NCBI RefSeq assembly: GCF_059730245.1
Contig: NZ_AP029605.1
Strand: one strand, 5' to 3'
Length of the DNA: 32,000 bases
Part shown: in pieces, positions 9,111 to 18,865 of the stretch
Position numbering within the stretch: the stretch's first letter is position 1
Layout of the letters: each line of letters starts with the position of its first letter
Made by a program: the position numbers and the translations under genes
Notes under the pieces: generated by a model
The model's input: only the letters and a program-made list of their open reading frames with translations
What the model was told of the DNA's origin: nothing
The model's database searches: none

Positions 9111-9990
9111 CGATTTTTATTTGCCGTTGTTGCCAGTTATCGGAACCGGTCGCCTCTATATTACGTCCGAAGGTCATGCTTGCCATGCATATTTTCGTGA
9201 GGTCAGCGGTCATGGTATTCGTTTCACGTTGACATACTCGGGCTATGAGGGGCGTTTCTGGATATCAGAAGAACAGTTCATTCAGTGGTGCCAAGAGTTA
9301 TTCCCGTATAGTGAAAGCCGGCTGATACCGGAAGATATGATAAAACTCATGATCTTATGGGTAATGCAGACTGCCTTACCGGAAGGTGATGTGTCAGTTG
9401 ATGATGTTCAATTTACGATGCTAAATAAAGATGTTTATCCGGTAATAGAAAATAATAATGGAGAAAACAGACTTAATGTAATTATACTCGAAACAACGGT
9501 ACAAAGTTTACAACATCTGATTAATGATAATTGGCAATTGGTTCCACATTCTAATGCTCTTTTTTTTGATGGCTATATCGTACCTGGGTGGACTGATTAT
9601 CCAGTTACAGAGTTGAGAGTTGGTGATAGTCTGAGACTCTATCATGTTGATGATAGTCAAGAGAGAAGGTGCTGGATTGTTATTAATAACCCTTTGGCAA
9701 CCGTAAAGCTGAGCGATAATAATTTATCTGTCACGGATGTTCTGGCTGCAGATCCGTTATGTACTATCAGCAGCGAGACTGTGATGAATCGCATTTATTG
9801 TGTGATTGGCACAGTGCATATTGATATACATATGTTGCGTAATGTCCAAAAAGATGACATTATCGATTCAACGGGATATCATCTTTTTGGTGGGTGCCAG
9901 TTAGTACGGAATAATACCACAATCGCATACGGGAGTATTATAAAAATCAACGAAGATTTTTATTTTACTATTAGCGTAGTATGTGATTAA
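9073..9990 (+). CDS. sepQ: SepQ (EscQ), T3SS cytoplasmic sorting-platform / C-ring protein (YscQ/SpaO family)
   Basis: 305 aa with a C-terminal SpoA-like region (IYCVIGTVHIDIHMLRNVQKDDIID...). It overlaps the escP 3' end by 38 nt. Confidence 0.9.
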   Translation: MKPLSSQLNMKINDFYLPLLPVIGTGRLYITSEGHACHAYFREVSGHGIRFTLTYSGYEGRFWISEEQFIQWCQELFPYSESRLIPEDMIKLMILWVMQTALPEGDVSVDDVQFTMLNKDVYPVIENNNGENRLNVIILETTVQSLQHLINDNWQLVPHSNALFFDGYIVPGWTDYPVTELRVGDSLRLYHVDDSQERRCWIVINNPLATVKLSDNNLSVTDVLAADPLCTISSETVMNRIYCVIGTVHIDIHMLRNVQKDDIIDSTGYHLFGGCQLVRNNTTIAYGSIIKINEDFYFTISVVCD

Positions 9991-10020
9991 TCAGGAATGC
10001 GTTATATAGGGAGGTGTATG

Positions 10021-10530
10021 ATGTCGTCATCATTATCAGGTATAACATTCACTACTTTTTTGACAAGCAATCATGCGTCATGGAATAAGTTGACCCGAAC
10101 TCTTCATATATCGAATGACGATATACTAGATGAACTGCAACTTAAAGCACGCATGCAGCAGCGTCACCACCGGGTTTTTGCAGGCATTGATGACTATTCA
10201 ATTATCAATTTTCGTGGAAAAGATTATGCTGTCCGCTTCATTAAAGATAATGATAATTATGTATACAAAGTAAATAAGATAACTCAGGAAAGTGGATGTT
10301 TCTCAAAGATATTTAGCTTTTTGTATGGAGGCGTTACGAAGGCCCTGGAAAGTAAATTAAATGAGAGACACATTACGCCACTTTCTTCAACCTGGTTTCC
10401 TCGCACTGCACTGGAAGGCTTTTTAACTGAAAGAGGGCTCTCTTCTTTGTTACGTCGCGTACAGTCTACAGAAGGTGTGAACCCTCCAGAGAATACTACA
10501 TTAAACTCTTTATCAGGTGTGACAGTTTAA
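10021..10530 (+). CDS. espH: EspH, T3SS effector (RhoGEF inhibitor)
   Basis: The ORF track starts at 9997, but a GGGAGG Shine-Dalgarno at 10009-10014 precedes tandem ATGs at 10018 and 10021. MSSSLSGITFTTFLTSNHASWNK... fits EspH in position and size. The exact start is uncertain by one codon. Confidence 0.85.
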   Translation: MSSSLSGITFTTFLTSNHASWNKLTRTLHISNDDILDELQLKARMQQRHHRVFAGIDDYSIINFRGKDYAVRFIKDNDNYVYKVNKITQESGCFSKIFSFLYGGVTKALESKLNERHITPLSSTWFPRTALEGFLTERGLSSLLRRVQSTEGVNPPENTTLNSLSGVTV

Positions 10531-10558
10531 GTATTATTTTATGCTGTTTTCTTTTTCT

Positions 10559-10584
10559 CCCCAGAATGTGTTCTGTTCTGGGGG
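10559..10584 (+). terminator. Candidate terminator hairpin downstream of espH
   Basis: 8-bp stem ccccagaa (10559-10566) / ttctgggg (10577-10584) with a 10-nt loop. The T-rich tract is not immediately adjacent, so support is weak. Confidence 0.35.
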
Positions 10585-10730
10585 CGATATTTCATTATTT
10601 TTTGAAAAGAATATGCAGGCGAAATGATTAGTATTTCAAGGATAGAGCACTGTAGTTTTTGTGAAATATGAACTGAATGGATGCCACCGTCCAGTCCATA
10701 TTATCACTTCCAAAGTAAAAAGCAAATAAA

Positions 10731-11093
10731 TCAAAGTGAAAGTAGTTTTATTATTTCTTTTTTTAGTAGATATCCGTTTTCCATCAAGTTAGTGAATTCC
10801 GTTATATCTATTTTATTTTTGGGGAATGCAATGTTTAAGAAAGTTTTATCGTCTTTTAATGATAAGAAAAACATACCAAGCATTTCTCGGTTGTTGTTTA
10901 TTTCTAATATTTTATTGATTTGATCTGGTTCGTTGGTTGATAGGTAACAATAAAAAAACAAAATTTCTGATTGAGGTGCGCACTCAAGTATCCACTCATG
11001 ACCATCGTTATCGTGAAAAGCGAGGGCGTCAGTTTGCTCTTCCAATGTTATCCCAAACGTATGTGCAAGATCTTTGCAAAATTGTTCATTCAT
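10731..11093 (-). CDS. cesF: CesF, T3SS chaperone for EspF
   Basis: 120 aa, acidic, chaperone-sized, on the minus strand between espH and map as in the canonical LEE. Confidence 0.88.
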   Translation of the reverse strand: MNEQFCKDLAHTFGITLEEQTDALAFHDNDGHEWILECAPQSEILFFYCYLSTNEPDQINKILEINNNREMLGMFFLSLKDDKTFLNIAFPKNKIDITEFTNLMENGYLLKKEIIKLLSL

Positions 11094-11367
11094 ATTGTAG
11101 TCCTGTCATTCTTATAACGCTGATGTGTTCATAGGTAATTTATTTGTGAGTTCTTACACAAATAACAAGGAAAAAATATAACATGTAAGTAATAATGTTG
11201 CATATTCATGATAGCATATGATAAATGTAGTGCAATCACCTATAAATAGTGCTGGAGGAAAAGTTCTGGAGGAAAATTAAAATCATAAAATAATATTATA
11301 GCTTTATTTATTCGTTTTATTTTTATAGGTGTAAATGTTTTTTATGTAATTTATAAAGGTTTATAGC
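11094..11367. promoter_or_regulatory. Divergent cesF/map promoter region
   Basis: 274-bp AT-rich spacer between divergent genes. It contains a perfect 9-bp inverted repeat, ttatttgtg (11140-11148) / cacaaataa (11157-11165). Confidence 0.4.
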
Positions 11368-11979
11368 ATGTTTAGTCCAACGGCAATGGTAGGTAGAGCG
11401 TTAGCTCAGGCGGTTACACAAACTCTTAGACCCGCTGTAACCAAGGCTGCGACGCAAGCGGGCATGGCAGCCAGTGGTATGAGGTTCACACCTATGCAGT
11501 CGAACCTTATGATTAATCATGGCAAACTGACTACCCAGCTACTACAGGCCGTAGCCAAACAAACTGGTAGTAGTGATACCCAGCAATGGTTCAAGCAAGA
11601 GCAGATTACTTTTCTATCCAGAGCAGTAAACAAAACTGTGGATGACTATTGCATGAGTAATAATTCGGCAATTAGTAAGGAGACTAAATGTCGCATTTTT
11701 AAAGAGGTTGAAAGCGCGATACAACAGCCTCTCGATATGAACTGTGCACAATCATCAATTAGTCACTTTTTGCAATCCAATAAATACTTTAATCAGAAAG
11801 TTGATGAGCAGTGTGGTAAAGGAGTGGATCCCATTACACGTTTTAACACTCAAACCAAATTGATAGAACAAGTCTCACGCGAAATCTTTGAACAGAATTT
11901 TAGCACCGCAAAAATCAGTGATATCAAGGCTCTAACTGAGAAGGCGATTGCAGAAAATGTGCAGGATACTCGACTGTAG
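11368..11979 (+). CDS. map: Map, mitochondrion-associated WxxxE effector (Cdc42 GEF mimic)
   Basis: 203 aa with a WxxxE motif (WFKQE) and a C-terminal PDZ-binding TRL motif (VQDTRL). Confidence 0.93.
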   Translation: MFSPTAMVGRALAQAVTQTLRPAVTKAATQAGMAASGMRFTPMQSNLMINHGKLTTQLLQAVAKQTGSSDTQQWFKQEQITFLSRAVNKTVDDYCMSNNSAISKETKCRIFKEVESAIQQPLDMNCAQSSISHFLQSNKYFNQKVDEQCGKGVDPITRFNTQTKLIEQVSREIFEQNFSTAKISDIKALTEKAIAENVQDTRL

Positions 11980-12299
11980 GGGGGGACTCACTGCTTTGTT
12001 TTTTCTTGATGCAAAAAGGTCTCTATAGACGCTTAAAATAAAACATTATTTTTCAATACACAATTAAATTTCTGTATATAAAAATCATAATTAATTTTTG
12101 CGATAATTATATAATAATTTTGATTATGTGATTTTTTAGTTGGAAATACAGACATGCATTTCTGGTGCGTTATTTTGCTTGCATCAAAAATTATACTGTG
12201 ATTTATTTGGTTTATGCTCAGTTGTTTTATCGGCTGCATACCGTTACGTCATAGTAATATAAAGGAACGTGTCAAATTTCTAAATAAAAGGATATATGT
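11980..12299 (+). promoter_or_regulatory. LEE5 (tir-cesT-eae) upstream regulatory region
   Basis: 320-bp extremely AT-rich non-coding stretch directly upstream of tir. Its Ler-dependent promoter role is inferred from established LEE biology; the promoter hexamers were not mapped. Confidence 0.45.
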
Positions 12300-13958
12300 A
12301 TGCCTATTGGTAACCTTGGTAATAATGTAAATAGCAATCATTTAATTCCCCCTGCGCCGCCACTACCTTCACAAACAGACGGCGCGGCACGGGGAGGAAC
12401 TGGTCATCTAATTAGCTCTACAGGAGCATTAGGATCTCGTTCATTGTTTTCTCCCCTGAGAAATTCTATGGCTGATTCTGTCGATTCCAGAGATATTCCA
12501 GGACTTCCTACAAACCCATCGAGGCTTGCTGCAGCTACATCTGAGACATGCTTGCTTGGAGGATTTGAAGTTCTCCATGATAAGGGGCCACTTGATATTC
12601 TCAATACGCAAATTGGACCCTCTGCATTTCGTGTTGAAGCGCAGGCAGATGGTACTCATGCCGCTATTGGAGAAAAAAATGGTTTGGAGGTTAGCGTTAC
12701 ATTAAGTCCTCAAGAATGGAGCAGCTTGCAATCTATTGATACTGAGGGTAAAAACAGATTTGTTTTTACCGGGGGACGTGGCGGTAGTGGGCATCCGATG
12801 GTCACTGTCGCATCAGATATCGCGGAAGCTCGTACGAAAATACTGGCCAAATTAGACCCAGACAATCATGGAGGACGTCAACCCAAGGACGTTGATACGC
12901 GTTCTGTTGGTGTTGGCAGCGCTTCGGGAATAGATGATGGCGTTGTTAGCGAAACCCATACTTCAACAACAAATTCCAGCGTTCGCTCAGATCCTAAATT
13001 CTGGGTTTCTGTCGGCGCAATTGCTGCTGGTTTAGCGGGACTGGCGGCAACTGGTATTGCACAGGCGTTGGCTTTGACACCGGAACCGGATGATCCTACA
13101 ACCACCGATCCTGATCAGGCCGCAAATGCTGCAGAAAGTGCAACAAAAGATCAGTTAACGCAAGAAGCATTCAAGAACCCTGAGAACCAGAAAGTTAACA
13201 TCGATGCGAACGGAAATGCTATTCCGTCTGGGGAATTAAAAGATGATATTGTTGAGCAAATAGCACAACAAGCTAAAGAGGCTGGTGAGGTGGCCAGACA
13301 GCAGGCTGTTGAAAGCAATGCACAGGCGCAGCAGCGATATGAGGATCAGCATGCCAGACGTCAGGAGGAATTACAGCTTTCATCGGGTATTGGTTACGGC
13401 CTCAGCAGTGCATTGATTGTTGCTGGGGGAATTGGTGCTGGTGTAACGACTGCGCTCCATAGACGAAATCAGCCGGCAGAACAGACAACTACTACAACAA
13501 CACATACGGTAGTGCAGCAGCAGACCGGAGGGAATACCCCAGCACAAGGTGGCACTGATGCCACAAGAGCAGAAGATGCTTCTCTGAATAGACGTGATTC
13601 GCAGGGGAGTGTTGCATCGACACACTGGTCAGATTCCTCTAGCGAAGTGGTTAATCCATATGCTGAAGTTGGGGAGCCTCGGAATAGTCTATCGACTCGT
13701 CAGCAAGAAGAGCATATTTACGATGAGGTCGCTGCAGATCCTGTTTATAGCGTCATTCAGAATTTTTCACGGAATGCTCCAGTTACCGGAAGGTTAATGG
13801 GAAGCCCAGGGCAAGGTATCCAAAGTACTTATGCGCTTCTGGCAAGCAGCGCTGGATTGCGTTTAGGTATGGGAGGATTAACGGGGAGTGGCGAGAGCGC
13901 AGTAAATACTGCAAATGCAAATGCCGCACCAACGCCGGGACCAGTACGTTTCGTTTAA
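12300..13958 (+). CDS. tir: Tir, translocated intimin receptor
   Basis: 552 aa with two TM hairpin segments (FWVSVGAIAAGLAGLAATGIAQALAL and GYGLSSALIVAGGIGAGVTTAL) flanking the intimin-binding domain. The C-terminus carries NPY (codon 454) and EEHIYDEV (Tyr at codon 474). Confidence 0.97.
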   Translation: MPIGNLGNNVNSNHLIPPAPPLPSQTDGAARGGTGHLISSTGALGSRSLFSPLRNSMADSVDSRDIPGLPTNPSRLAAATSETCLLGGFEVLHDKGPLDILNTQIGPSAFRVEAQADGTHAAIGEKNGLEVSVTLSPQEWSSLQSIDTEGKNRFVFTGGRGGSGHPMVTVASDIAEARTKILAKLDPDNHGGRQPKDVDTRSVGVGSASGIDDGVVSETHTSTTNSSVRSDPKFWVSVGAIAAGLAGLAATGIAQALALTPEPDDPTTTDPDQAANAAESATKDQLTQEAFKNPENQKVNIDANGNAIPSGELKDDIVEQIAQQAKEAGEVARQQAVESNAQAQQRYEDQHARRQEELQLSSGIGYGLSSALIVAGGIGAGVTTALHRRNQPAEQTTTTTTHTVVQQQTGGNTPAQGGTDATRAEDASLNRRDSQGSVASTHWSDSSSEVVNPYAEVGEPRNSLSTRQQEEHIYDEVAADPVYSVIQNFSRNAPVTGRLMGSPGQGIQSTYALLASSAGLRLGMGGLTGSGESAVNTANANAAPTPGPVRFV

Positions 13959-14091
13959 ATATATCTGTGAGTATTTAGTTGAGGTTGGGGTGGGGGGGCG
14001 TTTTACTAGCGTTAATGTTTCAGAGAACAACGTTGCAGCATGGGTAACTCTTGAACTTCTGTTATTATAAATTCAATTAAGAGAAATTATA

Positions 14092-14562
14092 ATGTCATCA
14101 AGATCTGAACTTTTATTAGATAGGTTTGCAGAAAAAATTGGTGTTGGATCTATTTCCTTTAATGAAAATAGATTATGTTCTTTTGCTATTGATGAAATTT
14201 ATTATATTTCGTTATCTGATGCCAATGACGAATATATGATGATTTATGGCGTCTGTGGAAAATTCCCGACAGATAACCCTAACTTCGCTCTTGAGATTTT
14301 GAATGCAAACTTATGGTTTGCAGAGAATGGTGGGCCATACCTGTGTTATGAGTCAGGAGCACAATCGCTGTTGTTAGCGTTACGTTTCCCGCTCGATGAT
14401 GCTACCCCTGAAAAACTTGAGAATGAAATAGAAGTCGTCGTTAAGTCGATGGAAAACCTGTATTTGGTATTACATAATCAGGGAATAACATTAGAAAACG
14501 AACATATGAAAATAGAGGAAATTAGCCCAAGCGATAATAAACATTATTACGCCGGAAGATAA
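14092..14562 (+). CDS. cesT: CesT, class I T3SS chaperone for Tir, Map and other effectors
   Basis: 156 aa ([35 protein letters not shown]...) between tir and eae. Confidence 0.95.
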   Translation: MSSRSELLLDRFAEKIGVGSISFNENRLCSFAIDEIYYISLSDANDEYMMIYGVCGKFPTDNPNFALEILNANLWFAENGGPYLCYESGAQSLLLALRFPLDDATPEKLENEIEVVVKSMENLYLVLHNQGITLENEHMKIEEISPSDNKHYYAGR

Positions 14563-14621
14563 AACTTATTTATTAGTATTAATTTACTACTCATTCTAAC
14601 TCATTGTGGTGGAGCCCAAAC

Positions 14622-17441
14622 ATGATTACTCATGGTTTTTATGCCCGGACCCGGCACAAGCATAAGCTAAAAAAAACATTTATTATGCTTAGTGCTGGTT
14701 TAGGATTGTTTTTTTATGTTAATCAGAATTCATTTGCAAATGGTGAAAATTATTTTAAATTGGGTTCGGATTCAAAACTGTTAACTCATAATAGCTATCA
14801 GAATCGCCTTTTTTATACGTTGAAAACAGGTGAAACTGTTGCCGATCTTTCTAAATCGCAAGATATTAATTTATCGACGATTTGGTCGTTGAATAAGCAT
14901 TTATACAGTTCTGAAAGCGAAATGATGAAGGCCGCGCCTGGTCAGCAGATCATTTTGCCACTCAAAAAACTTCCCTTTGAATACAGTGCCTTACCACTTT
15001 TAGGTTCGGCACCTCTTGTTGCTGCAGGTGGTGTCGCTGGTCATACAAATAAACTGACTAAAATGTCCCCGGACGTGACCAAAAGCAACATGACCGATGA
15101 CAAGGCATTAAATTATGCGGCACAACAGGCGGCGAGTCTCGGTAGCCAGCTTCAGTCGCGATCTCTGAACGGCGATTACGCGAAAGATACCGCTCTTGGT
15201 ATCGCTGGTAACCAGGCTTCGTCACAGTTGCAGGCCTGGTTACAACATTATGGAACGGCAGAGGTTAATCTGCAGAGTGGTAATAACTTTGACGGTAGTT
15301 CACTGGACTTCTTATTACCGTTCTATGATTCCGAAAAAATGCTGGCATTTGGTCAGGTCGGAGCGCGTTACATTGACTCCCGCTTTACGGCAAATTTAGG
15401 TGCGGGTCAGCGTTTTTTCCTTCCTGAAAATATGTTGGGCTATAACGTCTTCATTGATCAGGATTTTTCTGGTGATAATACCCGTTTAGGTATTGGTGGC
15501 GAATACTGGCGAGACTATTTCAAAAGTAGTGTTAACGGCTATTTCCGCATGAGCGGCTGGCATGAGTCATACAATAAGAAAGACTATGATGAGCGCCCAG
15601 CAAATGGCTTCGATATCCGTTTTAATGGCTATCTGCCATCATACCCGGCATTAGGTGCCAAGCTGATGTATGAGCAGTATTATGGTGATAATGTTGCTTT
15701 GTTTAATTCTGATAAGCTGCAGTCGAATCCTGGTGCGGCGACCGTTGGTGTAAACTATACTCCGATTCCTCTGGTGACGATGGGGATCGATTACCGTCAT
15801 GGTACGGGTAATGAAAATGATCTCCTTTACTCAATGCAGTTCCGTTATCAGTTTGATAAACCGTGGTCTCAGCAAATTGAGCCACAATATGTTAACGAGT
15901 TAAGAACATTATCAGGCAGCCGTTACGATCTGGTTCAGCGTAATAACAATATTATTCTGGAGTACAAAAAGCAGGATATTCTTTCTCTGAATATTCCGCA
16001 TGATATTAATGGTACTGAACGCAGTACGCAGAAGATTCAATTGATCGTTAAGAGCAAATACGGTCTGGATCGTATCGTCTGGGATGATAGTTCATTACGT
16101 AGCCAGGGCGGCCAGATTCAGCATAGCGGAAGCCAAAGCGCACAAGATTACCAGGCTATTTTGCCTGCTTATGTGCAAGGTGGTAGCAATGTTTATAAAG
16201 TGACGGCTCGCGCCTATGACCGTAATGGCAATAGCTCTAACAATGTACAGCTTACTATTACCGTTCTGTCGAATGGTCAGGTGGTCGACCAGGTTGGGGT
16301 AACGGACTTTACGGCTGATAAGACTTCGGCTAAAGCGGATGGCACCGAAGCAATTACTTATACTGCGACGGTGAAAAAGAATGGGGTAGCTCAGGCTAAT
16401 GTCCCTGTTTCATTTAATATTGTTTCAGGAACTGCAGTTTTAAGTGCCAATAGTGCCAATACTAATAGTAGCGGTAAGGCGACTGTAACCCTGACATCAA
16501 ATAAACCGGGCCAGGTCGTCGTATCAGCTAAAACAGCAGAGATGACTTCAGCGCTTAATGCCAATGCTGTTATATTTGTTGATCAAACCAAGGCCAGCAT
16601 TACTGAGATTAAGGCTGATAAAACAACTGCAGTAGCAAATGGTCAGGATGCTATTACATACACTGTTAAAGTGATGAAAAATGGTCAGCCATTATCCGGT
16701 GAAGAAGTGACTTTCTTTACGGATTTTGGGGCATTGGATAAAACTAAAGTAACGACCGATCAGAGTGGTTATGCTACTGTAAAACTGTCATCCAGTACTT
16801 CAGGCAAAGCTATTGTTCGCGCAAAAGTGAGTGATGTTGATACAGAAGTTAAGGCTGCCGCTGTTGAGTTTTTTGCCTCCCTGAGTATTGATAGCAATAA
16901 AGTTACTGTAATTGGTACTGGTGTCACTGGTTCTCTGCCAAAGAACTGGTTGCAGTATGGTCAGGCTAAGTTACAGGCAACGGGAGGTAATGGGAAATAT
17001 ACATGGAAATCCAGTGATACTAAAATTGCTTCTGTTGATAGTTCGGGAGTGATAACCCTGAATGGGAAAGGGAGTACCATAATTACGGTCGTATCTGGTG
17101 ATAATCAGAGTGCGACATATACAATTAGTACTCCTGACAAGATTGTAATAGCTGTGGATAAAATTAATCGGATGACATATTCTGCTGCCGAAAACAAGTG
17201 CCGAACAATTAGTGCAAATTTAGCACCGTCAAAGAGTATATTGGCAGACACATATTCTAAATGGGGAGCAGCGAATAAATATTCTTACTATTCTGGTTCT
17301 AATTCATTGACAGCTTGGATTACACAATCCTCTTCTGAGTTACCATCGGGTGTATCAAGTACATATGATTTAATCACAACAAACTCTTTGACAAATGTTA
17401 AGACAACAGATAACAATGCCTTTGCAGTCTGTGTGAAATAA
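14622..17441 (+). CDS. eae: Intimin, outer-membrane adhesin
   Basis: 939 aa from ATG 14622 (MITHGFYARTRHKHKLKKTF...). Domains in order: LysM region (YTLKTGETVADLSKSQDINLSTIW), beta-barrel, tandem Ig-like Big domains, and a C-type-lectin-like tail ending FAVCVK. The ORF track's TTG at 14604 is probably not the start. Subtype was not determined. Confidence 0.95.
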   Translation: MITHGFYARTRHKHKLKKTFIMLSAGLGLFFYVNQNSFANGENYFKLGSDSKLLTHNSYQNRLFYTLKTGETVADLSKSQDINLSTIWSLNKHLYSSESEMMKAAPGQQIILPLKKLPFEYSALPLLGSAPLVAAGGVAGHTNKLTKMSPDVTKSNMTDDKALNYAAQQAASLGSQLQSRSLNGDYAKDTALGIAGNQASSQLQAWLQHYGTAEVNLQSGNNFDGSSLDFLLPFYDSEKMLAFGQVGARYIDSRFTANLGAGQRFFLPENMLGYNVFIDQDFSGDNTRLGIGGEYWRDYFKSSVNGYFRMSGWHESYNKKDYDERPANGFDIRFNGYLPSYPALGAKLMYEQYYGDNVALFNSDKLQSNPGAATVGVNYTPIPLVTMGIDYRHGTGNENDLLYSMQFRYQFDKPWSQQIEPQYVNELRTLSGSRYDLVQRNNNIILEYKKQDILSLNIPHDINGTERSTQKIQLIVKSKYGLDRIVWDDSSLRSQGGQIQHSGSQSAQDYQAILPAYVQGGSNVYKVTARAYDRNGNSSNNVQLTITVLSNGQVVDQVGVTDFTADKTSAKADGTEAITYTATVKKNGVAQANVPVSFNIVSGTAVLSANSANTNSSGKATVTLTSNKPGQVVVSAKTAEMTSALNANAVIFVDQTKASITEIKADKTTAVANGQDAITYTVKVMKNGQPLSGEEVTFFTDFGALDKTKVTTDQSGYATVKLSSSTSGKAIVRAKVSDVDTEVKAAAVEFFASLSIDSNKVTVIGTGVTGSLPKNWLQYGQAKLQATGGNGKYTWKSSDTKIASVDSSGVITLNGKGSTIITVVSGDNQSATYTISTPDKIVIAVDKINRMTYSAAENKCRTISANLAPSKSILADTYSKWGAANKYSYYSGSNSLTAWITQSSSELPSGVSSTYDLITTNSLTNVKTTDNNAFAVCVK

Positions 17442-17459
17442 CTTAATTACATCGCAAAA

Positions 17460-17490
17460 CCCGGGAAATAAAGTTTATTTTCCGGGTTTC
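17460..17490 (+). terminator. Intrinsic terminator after eae (end of LEE5)
   Basis: 10-bp stem ccgggaaata (17461-17470) / tattttccgg (17476-17485) with one G-U pair, followed by a T-rich tail. It lies about 20 nt after the eae stop. Confidence 0.6.
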
Positions 17491-17608
17491 TTATATGTCT
17501 ACTTGATCTTTAAACGAATGATTTGTGTTAAAAGCAATGTGTTATTTCTGTTATAAATTTTTTCTATGTCGTAGTTGATGACTGCCTTGCTGACAACATC
17601 CACACAAT

Positions 17609-17630
17609 AAAAAACCCTCCGAAGAGGGGG
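17609..17630 (-). terminator. Intrinsic terminator after escD
   Basis: The minus strand reads ccctc-ttcg-gaggg followed by tttttt, a GC stem with a UUCG loop and a T6 run. It lies about 15 nt after the escD stop. Confidence 0.6.
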
Positions 17631-17644
17631 AAGAGGATAAGAAA

Positions 17645-18865
17645 TTAATACGACAGTGGAATATGTATATATTCGTCTGGGCGGGAGATGTTGATACCAT
17701 CTTTAGGATCAATTGCGTCGATGACATAGCCTCCTTTCAGAATGCTACCAATCCCGAGGCTGGTACCATTATCAAGAGCAATTGTAGGATTCTTCATCGT
17801 ACCGCTGATTCTGAGTATTTTTCCGGGAAAAATATCTGCTGAAATGTACGGCTGAATGTTCTGAAAGAGTATCTTGACGTTACTATTTTTGTTCATTGCA
17901 TTTATAATGGCAAGGATCTTACTCTCATTCTGTTGAGAAACTTCCCCCGCAACAATGATGACATCATTCTTTTTGAAAATATTGACATAGTTTATTAGCT
18001 TATTCTTTTTAAACTCTGATGCCAGTTCATTGATTTTATTGTTACTGTTGTTGTGTATTTCCCATCCTGCAACCCCTGGCGTATTCAGTAACAGATTTTC
18101 AACTTCGCTCCATTTGGGTGAAGGGGGAATGTATCCCGATAACAGAAAGAATCCAGGCTTATTACCTTTTGTAATGATGATATCTTTATAACCGTATTCC
18201 GTTAAGACATCATTAATTGCGGATATGATCTGGTTATTGCAAATGATATTATTGTAATAAAAAATATTTTTTTCTTTCAGGTAATTAAAAAATGGAGTTA
18301 AATCCGTGGTTGATTCGCAACGCCCATAAAGCGCGATATTTTTTCCATGCCATACCAGAGTGATTGCATGAAGTTTGTTTTCTTTTAGCTGCTGATATAC
18401 ATCAGCTCTGGTAAACGTTGGGGGTTCAGCTTTTGGGGAAAGCAAAACGTAACTGCCGATGGCACCAGACAACGCAAAAGTAGCACCAATCACGCTCGCC
18501 AGGATAAGGCGTTTTTTGCGTTGATTTTTGGCAGAAAACCTTTCTGGCACATCAGACAATGGCAAGGAATGGTCAATATCACCAATGATGAAGCAACATC
18601 CCGCTATATCAATAACCTTTCCGACAGGTAATGGTTTATCTGCTTCATAGGGCGTGGGTTGCCCATCAATCCAAAATTCAACCGGAGATAAAAGGAAAAC
18701 ACCTTCCTCACGTATATCAAGTAAAAACTGATTGAGGCCTTGTTCAAGGGGAAAGTAAACAATATCGTTATCTTCCGTACCTAGCGTTAGGTTTCCCATC
18801 GGAAGTTGTAATTCCCGATTACGCATCGCACCATTGAGAAGTTTTATTTTATATGAGGATAACAT
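17645..18865 (-). CDS. escD: EscD, T3SS inner-membrane ring protein (YscD/PrgH family)
   Basis: 406 aa with an N-terminal FHA-like cytoplasmic region, a single TM segment (LILASVIGATFALSGAIGSYVLL) and a periplasmic domain. It is a monocistronic minus-strand gene between eae and sepL. Confidence 0.93.
   Translation of the reverse strand: MLSSYKIKLLNGAMRNRELQLPMGNLTLGTEDNDIVYFPLEQGLNQFLLDIREEGVFLLSPVEFWIDGQPTPYEADKPLPVGKVIDIAGCCFIIGDIDHSLPLSDVPERFSAKNQRKKRLILASVIGATFALSGAIGSYVLLSPKAEPPTFTRADVYQQLKENKLHAITLVWHGKNIALYGRCESTTDLTPFFNYLKEKNIFYYNNIICNNQIISAINDVLTEYGYKDIIITKGNKPGFFLLSGYIPPSPKWSEVENLLLNTPGVAGWEIHNNSNNKINELASEFKKNKLINYVNIFKKNDVIIVAGEVSQQNESKILAIINAMNKNSNVKILFQNIQPYISADIFPGKILRISGTMKNPTIALDNGTSLGIGSILKGGYVIDAIDPKDGINISRPDEYIHIPLSY

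Noticed and set aside
9997-10020. Upstream starts for espH (ATG 9997) and, similarly, for espA (20079), cesD2 (TTG 22823) and yicJ (25704)
   Set aside because: In each case a downstream ATG has a better-placed Shine-Dalgarno and/or reproduces the remembered N-terminus of the known protein.
10681-10923. 80-aa plus-strand ORF overlapping cesF
   Set aside because: It is antisense to the well-supported cesF gene, and its composition is an AT-rich artefact.
12033-12239. 68-aa minus-strand ORF upstream of tir
   Set aside because: It lies in the extremely AT-rich LEE5 regulatory region and has an Ile/Asn/Lys-rich composition typical of random AT-rich ORFs. There is no RBS and no known LEE gene at this position.
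14604-14621. TTG start at 14604 for eae, giving the 945-aa version in the ORF track
   Set aside because: ATG 14622 gives MITHGFYARTRHKHK..., the remembered intimin N-terminus and a 939-aa length. The upstream extension MWWSPN is most likely an ORF-caller artefact.
16300-16870. Internal repeat-like similarity within eae (ITYTATVKKNGVAQANVPVSF... versus ITYTVKVMKNGQPLSGEEVTF...)
   Set aside because: This is the expected tandem Ig-like (Big) domain architecture of intimin, not a DNA-level repeat or recombination artefact.
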